From Octopus vulgaris (Eukaryota), in contig OX597834.1 in the NCBI GenBank assembly GCA_951406725.2, positions 23,188,001 to 23,252,000 of the forward strand: a stretch of 64,000 nucleotides of DNA, in the 5' to 3' direction. Each line of letters starts with the position of its first letter. Positions within the stretch are counted from its first letter, which is position 1. A program made the position numbers and the translations under genes. Positions 53,201-64,000 of the stretch are shown one piece after another. The notes beneath the pieces are model-generated. The model did not search any database and was not told the DNA's origin. It worked only from the letters and a program-made list of their open reading frames with translations.

Positions 53201-56200
53201 ACATTTCCACAATCTTTAAAACAAATACATGCTGGATAATGTTGGCCTGGGTTCCTTGTACAGGATGGCCATGGCCAGATTAGCTTTGATCACAGATCTG
53301 TTCAGTCAGACCATCACCACCACAACCAGTCTTACTTCTCTAGCAATAAATGACATCATCCATCATCATCATCATCACTACCTGACTACATCACCACTTC
53401 ACTACAATTTTCCCCCACCATCACCACAACCTCCACACTAGTCTTCCCTCTTCCCGCACAACCCCCACCCTATTCCTACCTCGAACTTACCTCTTTCCCA
53501 CCATCGCGTCCATAACCACTCTGTTTAAACCCTCCAAATCCAGCAGCTGCATCAAACACGTTGTGGCAGTTGATCCAGACGGCTCCGGCTTGGATGGCTG
53601 ACGCCACTTCTAAACCAAGAGCTGAGGTTTCTGTCCACACACTCGCTCCAAGACCATATATCGTGTTGTTGGCCAATTTGATGGCTTCTTTTGCTGTACG
53701 GAAAGACATGGCTACCAGCACAGGACCAAAGATCTGTAGGAATGGAAGAGAATTACAAATATACAGAGAAATAAGAGTAAACACACATATACAGAGAGAG
53801 ATACATACACGCATATATACATACATATATGCACGAACACACATACATATACACACACACACACTTACATATACACACATATATATACACACACACATAT
53901 ACAGAGAGAGATACATACACGCATATATACATACATATATGCACAAACACATACATATACACACACACACACACATGTATGAGTGGTTATGAAGTTTGCT
54001 TTCCAACCATAAGGATTCAGGTTCAATCCCACTGCATGGCATCTTGGGAAAGTGTCTTCTACTATAGACCCAGACTGACCAAAGTGTTTGAGTAGATTTG
54101 GTAGGCAAAAACTGAAAGAAGCCTGTTGTGTGTGTGTGTGTGCATGCATGCATGCACATGGTACCTGAGTCTCTGCAGGGGTTACCAGCATCGAGTTTTG
54201 TCCCTTAACGTATAAAGCAGAAACTTAGCATAGGTACCAGGGTGGATTGATGAGATCATCTGAAATTGTTGGAAGAGCTGCTCCAGCATGGCCACAATCC
54301 ACTGACTGAAACAAGTAAAAGAATAAAAGACAGCTAGAAAATTACCTCTTCTTCAACAACTCTGGAGACTGTCTGGACATCTGTAATTAAGGTGGGTAGA
54401 TAGAAACATCCTTTGTTTGGCATCGTCAACGATGGTTGATACACCTGCATGAATTTGGAAAACAAGGAAATAAATGGCTCAAGAAATTACAATTTATTCA
54501 GTTAATCATTTGTCTACTCTCTCAAATACTCACCTTCTGCCGCTGCCACCACCACCATAATCAAAAGGTCATTGGGGACAAGCATATTTTGATGGTCCTG
54601 AATAAAGGAACTGGGAGAGACAGGAACACTAAACTTACCTTGGCTCCTTCGTTTCTTGCTTCTTCAACATAAGAATCAATACTTTTTCTTTGACTCTCGT
54701 TCACAATGGCACCCATATCTATGGCTTTGTCTTGGCCAGATCCTATCCGAAAACAATCCAATCGCTTCTTAAGTCTGCTGATCATTTCTTCATAAATGGG
54801 TTCTTGCACAAGAAGCTTTGATCCGGCACAGCAGACCTGAAGACAGAACCACAATTAAGGAAAGGAAATCTAAGCTAAACAATATTATCGGTTTCGAATT
54901 TTGGTACAAGACCAGCAATTTAAGTTAATTACATCGGACTCCAGTATTCAACTGGTACTTATTTCATCAACCCTGAAAGAATGAAAGGCTAAGTTGACCT
55001 CGGCAGAATCTGAACACAGAATGAAAAAATGGACAGAATGCTGTTAAGCATTTCAACCAGCATGCTGACCATTCAGCCAGACAACTTTATTAAATATTAG
55101 AGACTGCTGATTAGCAAACTTTGGATCCAAATTGACATTAAATTTTGAAATGTTTGAGATGAGTTGTTGGTAGCAGATTAGTCAAAGACAAAGACTGCCA
55201 TTTCTTCACTGCTTAATTATTAATAATTAGCTAGGTTTACATAAACAATATGGTGCTCTTTGCACCCCACTAGCATGGATGCCAGTCATCGAATTTGATT
55301 TTGATTTCACTTGCCTCAACAGATCTTCGCAAGCAGAGTTTAGAGACCAAAGAAGGAAAAGGTACGATTCTCTCTCACACACTGTCTTTCAACAAGAAAT
55401 ACCTCAAATCTTTGGTCCTCACGGCGCAGAACATTGGCAAATTTTTTCTTATCTGCTTCCCCTCTGGCTAAATAAACCTGCCTCCTAGCTTCCCTTCTGG
55501 CAGTCTGAAACACTTCCCTGCTACCACCGTTCTTCCAGTCTGTCCAAGCCTGTTTCTTTTGTCAACAGAGTGATTGAACAATTTACCAAGAAAGGAATCA
55601 ACACTTCAAATCAGGCATGAACAACATGTCTGACTATGGGGAAATACCATGTTACTTAAAAACAGGTGAGATTTAGTGACAGGAAGAGCATCCAGTCATA
55701 GAAAATCTGCTTCAACAAATTCTGTGTGACCCATGTAAACATGGAAAAGTAGACACGTGTAGAGAGGATATTTTTTTTAAATGTATGCAAATACCTCATC
55801 TTCAGAGTGTATTTTATAATATTTTTACATCTAGAAAGGAACTTTACAGTGAATTTATAAAATGCATACACCTAGCCTCGAAATAAAGAGCACAGACAGA
55901 GAGATTGACACTTACCTGTCCTTGATTAAACCAGATGGCATCAACTACACCTTCCACAGCACTATCAAGGTCAGCATTTTCAAAGACTATCACTGGAGAT
56001 TTTCCTCCCAATTCCAGTGACAACTTTTTGCCACTTCCAGCGGTCAATTGACGCAGTTTCTGACCAACCTAGAAAGAAAGTAAGAAAGAGACCAATTAAT
56101 AAATTTAACACCTTTGCTGCCTCCGTTTCAATTAATTTTGAAAATGATGAAAAATTGACTAAAATCACTCATTATGAAGCTGATGTTTGAAACATTAATT

Positions 56201-59200
56201 AAGATAAAATTTTGATAGAGAGTTTTAATTCGATTACTTCAACCCTTGACCTCCAAATTACTCTGTCAAACGTAATGCTTCTTTATTTATTTTGTTTAGA
56301 ATTAATCCTACATTTTCTTGTAGCTATTTTGATAATGTGATTGTTTATTTTTAGAATAACAGTGAAGGGTAGGTGGGAGAGGTTGGATCTGGCTGGTCTG
56401 AACATAAAAATGGTAGAATATTTGGGTTGGATGTGGAGGGTTTAAATGCTAAAGGGTTAAGAAACTTATAAGTGGGTAGAAAGGGAAGCAGAAGGTCTGG
56501 GGTTCAGATGTTTGTCATTCTGTAAAAGGCAGCTCACCACCATAACAACAACAACAACAACAATAATAGTTTATAATTTACTTATTTGTAGTCATTAAAA
56601 TTGTTTAGTTTGTGTTAGCTAGCTATCACAGGCAAAGCCCCTGCTGGAGCACTTAGAGCAAACAAAACAAAAAGGTTGGTTACTTACGCCAGTGGATCCA
56701 GTGAAAGCTACTTTGTTAACATCAATATGGTCCGCTAAACTGCTGCCAAATGCTCCATTGCCAGTGACAACATTGAATACCCCTGCAGGCAACCCAGCCT
56801 GGGCAAAGATCTCAGCCAGTAGCAGGCAGCTGAGCCGGGTATAAGATGCTGGTTTTAAGATGACTGTGTTACCCATTGCCAAGGCAGGACAAACTTTCCA
56901 CATGAGGATCATCAGTGGAAAATTCCATGGAACGATGCCCACGACAACACCTGCAGGAAAAGGTATTTGTATTGAAATTAATTGAAAAAAATTCAGAGAT
57001 AAGGCAATGTAAGGGTTAAAAGCCTGCTGTGTATTTGATGACCTTTGAACTCAGTCTCAGTGATAGCAATTGAACTACACACAGAAAAACACACAAACAC
57101 ATGCATTCACACACACACACACAAATACTTATAAACATGCACATACAAATATACACACACATGTATGCAAATAGACACACAAATACACAAGAAAGGGAGT
57201 TTTCATTCCCTCATCTTTGAATGCACTGAGTTAGTGGTTGCTTTGCTGACCAGGAGAATCAACATCACTGTCCATAGCTCAAACAGATACATTTATCCAC
57301 ACACACACACACACGACAAGCTTCTCTCGGTTTCTGTTAACCAAATCCACTTACAGCTTAGGGACAGAGCAAAAAGTACTTGCCCAGGGTGCCACACACT
57401 GGGAGTGAACCCAAATGCACATGTTGGGGTAACAAGGTTCTTAATCACACAGACACATCTGCACCTAGTGTTTGTGTATAGATATGTATGGATGTATGTA
57501 TTTCATTTTTCTTTGTTTCAGTCATTTGACTGCAGCCATACTGGAGCACTGCCTTTAGTTGAACAAATCGACCCCAGGACTAATTCTTTGTAAGCCTAGT
57601 ACTTATTCTATCAGTCTCTTTTGCCGTACCGCTAGGTTACAGAGATGTAAACACACTAACATTGGTTGTCAAGCAATGATGAGGGGACAAACACAGACAC
57701 ACAAACATATATATATATATATATATATATAATGCGCTTCTTTCAGTTTCCGTCTAACAAATCCACTCACAAGGTTTTGGTTGGCCCAAGGTTATAGCAG
57801 AAGACCCGTGCCAAGATGCCATGTGATGGGACTGAACCTGGAACCATGTGGTTGGTAATCAAGCTATGTATGTATGTGTATATATGTGGATATGTATGTA
57901 CGTATGTGTATGTATGTATGTTGTGTGTACGTATGTATGTATTTTTACATTCCATATTTTCCTCTAGCCAATACTTTTTACAAGTGAACCCTCTAAGATT
58001 TAGAACGACACAAAATAACGTGCACAGTTGGCCCTGAATAATGAATTTACAAAAGGTGAAAGAGAAGGACTTTTGTACTGTTCCTTACCAAGTGGTTTCC
58101 AGCCCCTCATTTCGGTGTCCATCAGCTGAGCCCATCCAGCATGATGGTAGACGTGGTTTATAACTGTTGGAATATCATAGTCACGAGTCTCTCGGATTGG
58201 TTTACCATTATCCATGCTCTCCAGCACCGCCAACAACTTCTGGTGCTTCTGAATGTTTCTTGCAATACTGAAACGAAAATAAATAAAGTTTTATCAGAAC
58301 AAACAATTGCAACCATGAAAATGCATAAAACTTGGATGGTTTCACATTTGTAAAACAACATTCACATAACTACACTGAGAAGGACAGAGGCATAGAATGC
58401 CAACCTCAAAAGCACAGCCACACTATAATCACCCCCATTAACTCTTTTGTTACCATATTTCTGTTGAGATACTCTGTGTTTCTTTCAATTAGTTATCATT
58501 CAGCTTGTGTTAGGGACATAAATTGTGACTCAGGTTTGGCGGAAGATTTTAATTCAGAACCTTCGAAAACAAGACATTTGCACTACAGTGCCAGAGGCAG
58601 TTTCAGTTGGGTTGGTACTGAAAGGGTTAAATTAATCATTTTTTTAAACCCTTTTGTTACCATATTTCTGTTGAGATGCTCTGTGTTTCTTTCAATTAAT
58701 TTTAAATATAACAAAAAATTTAGTAAAATAACTTAGTTATCATTAAGCTAGTGTTAGGAACATAAACTAAGGTTTGGTGGAAGGTTTTAATTCAGAACTT
58801 ATGCAAACAAGACATATGTACTCAGAGCCAGTTTCAGCCAAGTTGGTAACGAAAGGGTTAAACTACAACCATACAGAAGACCACATTTACACAATAGGGC
58901 ACCCACAAAAGTGCTCTCAGACACTGCATGATATGCATAAAAACACACACAATGAAACACACAGAATCATACCCTTACAACATGCTAGAAATAGCAGCCA
59001 TACATCCCTACCCATTAAATAACACCATACAATCTTCAAAGAAAAATACAAGATTGGATAGTCATGACTGGACTGTCTCATCACAGATCAGGTAAATCAG
59101 ATTTATGATCAATTCTTGGATTAAATAGCAACAATTTCAACAGTAGTCCTGGGTAGATAGAGTTGGGCTTTGTCTTACCTGTAGAGATAACGAGCCCTTG

Positions 59201-60729
59201 TGTGGGGTGACAGGGTACTCCATGAAGTAAAGGCTTTCTTTGCAGCCTTAACAACAGCTTCAACATCATCTTGTACACCCTGGATGGTTGTGGCTAGAAT
59301 TTCATCTAGAGATAGAAAGTGGAAAAGAGCAAGGAGAAGAGTTTTAATCAGAAACCTTTTTTTTTGCATATGAGAGAGAAATAAAGAGAGGGGGAGAGAG
59401 AGAAATAAAGAGAGAGAAGGATATATATATATATATATAAAGAGAGAGAGGGGAGAGAGAGAGAGAGAGAGCTTGGCAGCAGAACTTTCTCAGATCTTGG
59501 TCCCAAATCTCCTACAGACTTTGGCACTACTCCTCTCAAAGTTCTTGGTGCTGTATCTTCTATTACACATTGAAGCAAAGCTTTCACTGATCATGGTTAA
59601 TGACACCAGTCAATTCAATCCATGGTCCTTGAACTTTGAAAGATCATGGCACCAGAACTTTTACTGAATATGGCCTTAATCTATTCAAATAGTGTGGCAC
59701 AAAGCCATGGGATATTGATTTACACACCATGGTTCAAGTCTGTTTGTGAACAAGACTGGAAAGCCAGTTCTTGCAAATGGCCAGAAAACTTTCAAAGACC
59801 AAGAAACCATATGTTTTACAGACAATAGCCCCAATTGTCGCTTTCAGATATATTAACCCTTTTGTTACCTTATTTCTATCAGCATGCACTCCCTTTCCTT
59901 CAATTAATTTTGAAAATGATAAAGAATTTAGTAAAATAATGGCTATTATTAAGTTAGTGTTTAGAACATAAATTAACATGAAATTTTGATGGAAATCAAA
60001 TTTAGATCATTTTAAAATAGGAAGTTTCTATCATAGAATCAGGGGCAGGAATGGTACTTAAAAGAGTTAAGAAGCTTGTAAGTTGGCAGGGAAGGAACCA
60101 GAAGTCCGGTTCAAATGTTCGCCATTCTATAAAAGACAGAGATCAACTTAACAATTTGCGCTCAACACTTTTGTTAGCATCTTTTTGTTTGAAATACACT
60201 GCTTTAGCCCTTTAGCATTCATATTAATTTGGCAAAAATAATCATTAATTCACATTTAAAAAAATTTATCTGATATTATTTTGTAGCTTCAAGACAGGAA
60301 AGATGTAATTGCTTATTTTTAGAATGACATTGCAGGGTAGGTGTGAGATGCTGGCTCTGGCCAGTTTGAGCATAAAATGTGTAGAATATTTGGGCCGGAT
60401 ACAGCCGGTTTAAACATTAAAGGGTTAGTTTCATTTAATTTTGAAAAAATTGAATTAAGATAATAATGCCATCATTAATCTTGGATTTGGAACATACATT
60501 AACAGTTTTGAAAGAAGGTTTTTTAATATAAATCACTTTAAGCTGGAAGTTAAAACAGGAGGTGGGGGGAGGGCAGTCTCAAGCAGGATGGTATCAAAAG
60601 GGTTCAAATAAAACTTGTTCATAAACCTGTTGAAGGGTTTGTGCTGTTAACGGTCTCTCGTCCTTCTGGTTTATCCCACTTTCCGTCAATGAAATGTCCA
60701 AATTTTCTTTCATGTTTATTTAACCATTC
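48138..60729 (-). CDS. ALDH16A1: Aldehyde dehydrogenase family 16 member A1 (catalytic type), 5'-partial, 13 exons
   Basis: Exons in transcription order: 60729-60627, 59305-59179, 58267-58089, 56950-56688, 56068-55916, 54836-54639, 54444-54346, 53733-53491, 52514-52357, 50731-50564, 49550-49346, 48956-48771, 48437-48138. Phases are consistent: 2382 nt. Full ALDH domain ([56 protein letters not shown]) is followed by a second, truncated ALDH-like domain ([15 protein letters not shown]...KNIWLPMG), the ALDH16 architecture. Confidence 0.93.
48771..48956 (-). CDS. ALDH16A1: ALDH16A1 exon
   Basis: [27 protein letters not shown]. Confidence 0.92.
49346..49550 (-). CDS. ALDH16A1: ALDH16A1 exon
   Basis: [12 protein letters not shown]...[14 protein letters not shown]. 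Confidence 0.92.
50564..50731 (-). CDS. ALDH16A1: ALDH16A1 exon, second ALDH-like domain
   Basis: [18 protein letters not shown]...[11 protein letters not shown]. Confidence 0.92.
50830..51100. repeat. Degenerate 35/45-bp tandem repeat
   Basis: TTTAATGG(C/T)TGAT about 6 times, with CCCTCAGTGAACCCTCACAACTCA. Confidence 0.75.
52357..52514 (-). CDS. ALDH16A1: ALDH16A1 exon, inter-domain linker
   Basis: tgtag|[10 protein letters not shown]...TAP|gtatga; phases 0/2. Confidence 0.88.
53491..53733 (-). CDS. ALDH16A1: ALDH16A1 exon
   Basis: IFGPVL...ANNTIYGL...[16 protein letters not shown]. Confidence 0.95.
54346..54444 (-). CDS. ALDH16A1: ALDH16A1 exon
   Basis: [33 protein letters not shown] (absent from the ORF track). 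Confidence 0.92.
54639..54836 (-). CDS. ALDH16A1: ALDH16A1 exon, catalytic Cys
   Basis: [12 protein letters not shown]...DMGAIV...EGAK. Confidence 0.94.
55916..56068 (-). CDS. ALDH16A1: ALDH16A1 exon, catalytic Glu
   Basis: LELGGKSP...WFNQGQ. Confidence 0.95.
56688..56950 (-). CDS. ALDH16A1: ALDH16A1 exon, NAD-binding region
   Basis: IVPWNFPL...[10 protein letters not shown]...VAFTGSTG. Confidence 0.95.
58089..58267 (-). CDS. ALDH16A1: ALDH16A1 exon
   Basis: [15 protein letters not shown]...HHAGWAQL. Confidence 0.94.
58442..58857. mobile_element. Two tandem piggyBac-type MITEs (same family as 36492, reversed)
   Basis: C(C/T)CTTTTGTTACCATATTTCTGTTGAGAT...AAAGGG|TTAA twice. Confidence 0.78.
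59179..59305 (-). CDS. ALDH16A1: ALDH16A1 exon
   Basis: EILATTIQG...[17 protein letters not shown]...RARYLY. Confidence 0.92.
60627..60729 (-). CDS. ALDH16A1: ALDH16A1 first visible exon
   Basis: ccag|[18 protein letters not shown]...NPST|gt; begins at an acceptor, so an upstream exon is required. Confidence 0.88.
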
Positions 60730-60820
60730 CTGGAAGAGTAAAAGAAAAAAAGTTCCATATAGTTCCATGATTACACGAGATGTAAGGGATGGGGGTCAGG
60801 GTAGGGACTAATAAGATAAT

Positions 60821-62171
60821 TGGCACTGTCATGCTATTAGCTGTCAGAAGTGAAAGTAGAAAAATCTGACGCCAACTTCGTGTATTTACGTCAGGTTTAT
60901 ACCTTCGTTAATTTACGCCGTTTATTTACGTACCACCACGCTGTTAGGTTTATAAAACAATTGAAGTTCAGTTTAAAGTTTATAAATAAATACATTTCAT
61001 TCCATGTTCTGTTTAAACTTTATAAATAAATATATTCTTGTATTATTCATTATTGTTTTTAAAAAACACCATATTTCCTTTGGATATATATATATATATA
61101 CTAGCAGTATCGCCCGGCGTTGCTCGGGTTTGTAAGGGAAATAACTATATAAGCATTTTTAGAGAGTTACTTCCCTTATAGATGCCAATTCGGGCTTTCT
61201 TAGCCATTTCTGTTTTGGTGTCTTCAAGCCATGAAGCCGTTGTTCTAAAAGAACGCTGGTCTCCTTGACAACGCTTTACGACGTTAATTTCCTTACGCTC
61301 CCTTCCCCACAGCTTCACGAGGGAGGGGAGAAGGGGGAGAAGCAAACAGGTGCAGGTGTGACCATGGACGCCAACTCCGCCGCCATCGACACACGAAAAA
61401 TTATGCACTAAAATGGAATAAAAAATTATGTTAAATTATTTTTAAAATAATAGCCAGACGGGCTCGATATGAATCACGACTATAAGATACTCGAATTTGG
61501 TTAAACTGCACCGCAAAATGTGGGAGTAGTTAGGAATCTAAATCGAAGGGGACAGACACTCACACAACTACAGTTTTATATATAGACTAGCAGTATCGCC
61601 CGGCGTTGCTCGGGTTTGTAAGGGAAATAACTATATAAGCATTTTTAGAGAGTTACTTCCTTTATAGATGCCAATTCGGGCTTTCTTAGCCATTTCTGTT
61701 TTGGTGTCTTCAAGCCATGAAGTCGTTGTTCTAAAAGAACGCCGGTCTCCTTGACAACGCATTACGACGTTGATTTCTTTACACTCCCTTCCCCACAGCT
61801 TCACGAGGGAGGGAAGAAGGGGGAGAAGCAAACACAGGTGCAGGTGTTTGAGCGTGGACGCCAACTCCGCTGCCATCGACACACGAAAAATTATGCATTA
61901 AAATGGAATAAAAAATGATGTTAAATTATTTTTAAAATCGTAGACTCATCGTAGACGCGCGCTAATAGCCAGACGGGCTAGATATTAATCACGACTATAA
62001 GATACCCGAATTTGGTTAAACTGCACCGCAAAATGTGGGAGGAGTTAGGAATCTAAATCGAAGGGGACAGACACTCACACAACTACAGTTTTATATATAT
62101 AGATATATATATATATATATACATGTGTATATATACATGTGTATACATATATATATACATGTGTAATGTAT

Positions 62172-62229
<58 letters not shown>

Positions 62230-62471
62230 ACACATGTATATATATATATGTGCAGATTTGGTGTGATTTCTTTTTTTAAAAACAATAATGAATAATGCAA
62301 GAATATATTTATTTATAAAGTTTAAACAGAACATGGAATGAAATGTATTTATTTATAAACTTTAAACTGAACTTCAATTGTTTTATAAACCTAACAGCGT
62401 GGTGGTACGTAAATAAACGGCATCAGATTTTTCTACTTTCACTTCTGACAGCTAATAGCATGACAGTGCCA
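60821..62471. mobile_element. Long-TIR (fold-back/MITE) DNA element with TSD
   Basis: Arms 60821-~61065 and ~62275-62471 are reverse complements (TGGCACTGTCATGCTATTAGC... / ...GCTAATAGCATGACAGTGCCA); GATAAT on both flanks. Confidence 0.88.
61101..62103 (-). mobile_element. Head-to-tail dimer of a non-autonomous Helitron (486 + 517 bp)
   Basis: Minus strand A|TC...CCCGAGCAACGCCGGG hairpin...CTAG|T; junction CTAG|TC at 61587/61586; no TSD. Confidence 0.85.
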
Positions 62472-62930
62472 GATAATCTCACATGGTCACTGACCTCAGC
62501 CCTGTCATAGACTTCTAGGGATACGTCAAACAAGGGATTCCTTTTATTTTTCACCCACCAAAAATTTGACAAATACATTATTTTCAAAATTAACTGAAAC
62601 AAAGATAATGTATTTCAACAAAGATATGGTAATGTAAGGGTTAAAAGTTGGCAATCATTGACGACCTTTGAACTTTGTGTCAGTGATAGCAATTGAACTC
62701 AGAATCTGTCAGCTTTTTTTTTTTGTTTTTTTTTTCCTGATATATACAAACATATATCTGATAGAGGTGCAGGTGTGGGTGTGTGGTAAGAAGTTCATTT
62801 CCCAACCACATGGTTCTGGGTTTAGTCTCTCTGAATGGAACCTTAGGCAAGTGTCTTCTACTATAGTATTGGGCTGGCCAAAGTCTTGTGAGCAGATTTA
62901 GTACACGAAAACTGAAAGAAGCCCATCATA

Positions 62931-63405
62931 TAATAATAATAAAAACATTGTGTACAGTGCTCAGGTGCACTACAACTCATCTAAAGTGTATGTATAATCA
63001 AGTGTAGTTTTGGCGGATTTCGGAAAGCATGAGGGCCTTAAAGGATGCAGTGTCATGGCAGTCAACAACTGACGCAGGCAGTTTGTTCCATGCTTCAGCA
63101 ACTCTGAGTGTGGAAAAATGTTTCCGAAAGTCATGGGAGCTGTGTTGTTTTCTGACTTTGTAGGCATGTCCACGTGTGTTGGACACATGGAGATCAAAAA
63201 GGTGTTTAGTGTTGTTGGTGAGGTGGTTGATAACTTTGTGGGTGTTTACCAAGTCTGTCGCCAGACGCCGGAGCTTCAGTGAATCCATGCCCAGGGAAAC
63301 AAGGCACTCAGAGTATGGTAGGTGTCTGATGGAGGGTATGCGTTTGGTTGCACGTCTCTGAACAGATTCCAGGAGGTCAATGTTCTGAGCAAGATAGGGG
63401 TTCAG
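62931..63405 (-). mobile_element. CR1-type LINE 3' fragment with (ATT)n tail
   Basis: LESVQRRATKRIP...LxLRRL..DL...TRGH...RKHF..RV..AWNKLP. Confidence 0.88.
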
Positions 63406-63414
63406 TAATATATA

Positions 63415-63628
63415 CAGTAATTCCTCGCCATATCGCAGTTCACCCATTGCGGTTTATTATTTAAGCTTATGTTGATTCCTCCATGGTGTTTTGCATTTAT
63501 AATAAAATAAATATATACAAATTCTAAAAATAATAAAAAAAATATACAGTATTGTTTCAACTTTGTGGATTTTCATCTATTGTGGAGGGTTTTGGAATGT
63601 AACACCTAGGATAGTTGAGGGATTACTG
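63415..63628. mobile_element. Pogo/Tigger-type MITE
   Basis: TA|CAGTAATTCCTC...GAGGGATTACTG|TA. Confidence 0.75.
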
Positions 63629-64000
63629 TATGTGTGTGTGTGTCTTTGTATCTGTGTTTGCATCCTCAACAGCCTGACAATTGTTGAAGGCTTGTATGTG
63701 TCCCCATAACATAGAAGTTCAGCAAAACATAAGAACAGGGTAAATACCAGGTTTGAAAAAAAAAATACATATTGGGGTCAAACCCTTCAAGGTGGTGCTC
63801 CAGCATGGCCACAGTCTAATGACTGAAACAAATAAAAGATAACAGAAGGAACCCTAGGCCCTTATCTAAGTCTCCTTAGCTGTTTTCACTCAAACATACA
63901 CCTTCCTTCCCACTCCCACTGAAACATAACTGTACAAAGTCTAACATTCATTATCTCTCTCTCTCTCTCTCTCCCTCCATAGTAATTGATACTGGGAATA

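Noticed and set aside
48138-60729. Cephalopod Omega-crystallin (ALDH1/2-derived lens protein)
   Set aside because: The protein is ~800 aa with a second ALDH-like domain, which is ALDH16 architecture rather than ~500-aa ALDH1/2
61145-61882. Duplicated 83-87 aa ORFs as a tandem gene pair
   Set aside because: They lie inside the two non-autonomous Helitron units and have no recognisable domain
62998-63447. Missing first exon of ALDH16A1
   Set aside because: The ORF is a CR1 ORF2 C-terminus fused to MITE sequence; no ALDH16 N-terminal exon was recognised before 64000

Overview
Eukaryotic genomic DNA, AT-rich and dense in microsatellites and SINEs. The repeat families look like those of an octopus (coleoid cephalopod); this is inferred from pattern recognition, not from a search. 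Two convergent multi-exon genes can be spliced by hand with canonical GT-AG sites and consistent phases. (1) A strongly divergent ABCC/MRP-type ABC transporter on + (21 exons, 834-40335, ~1128 aa visible, 5' part missing). (2) An ALDH16A1-type aldehyde dehydrogenase on - (13 exons, 60729-48138, ~793 aa visible, start exon not found in the window) that keeps the catalytic Cys and Glu. Introns hold tRNA-derived SINEs, RTE, CR1, R4/Dong and Penelope-like retroelement fragments, mariner/Tc1, pogo and piggyBac-type MITEs, a head-to-tail Helitron dimer nested in a long-TIR element, minisatellites and fold-backs. The most unusual signal is a set of type I hammerhead-ribozyme-like motifs. They occur (a) near Penelope-like remnants, (b) in the tail of a tRNA-headed SINE, and (c) in a ~400-bp retrozyme-like monomer folded into a ~1-kb palindrome just after the ABCC stop codon. 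Most ORFs in the supplied track are microsatellite artefacts.
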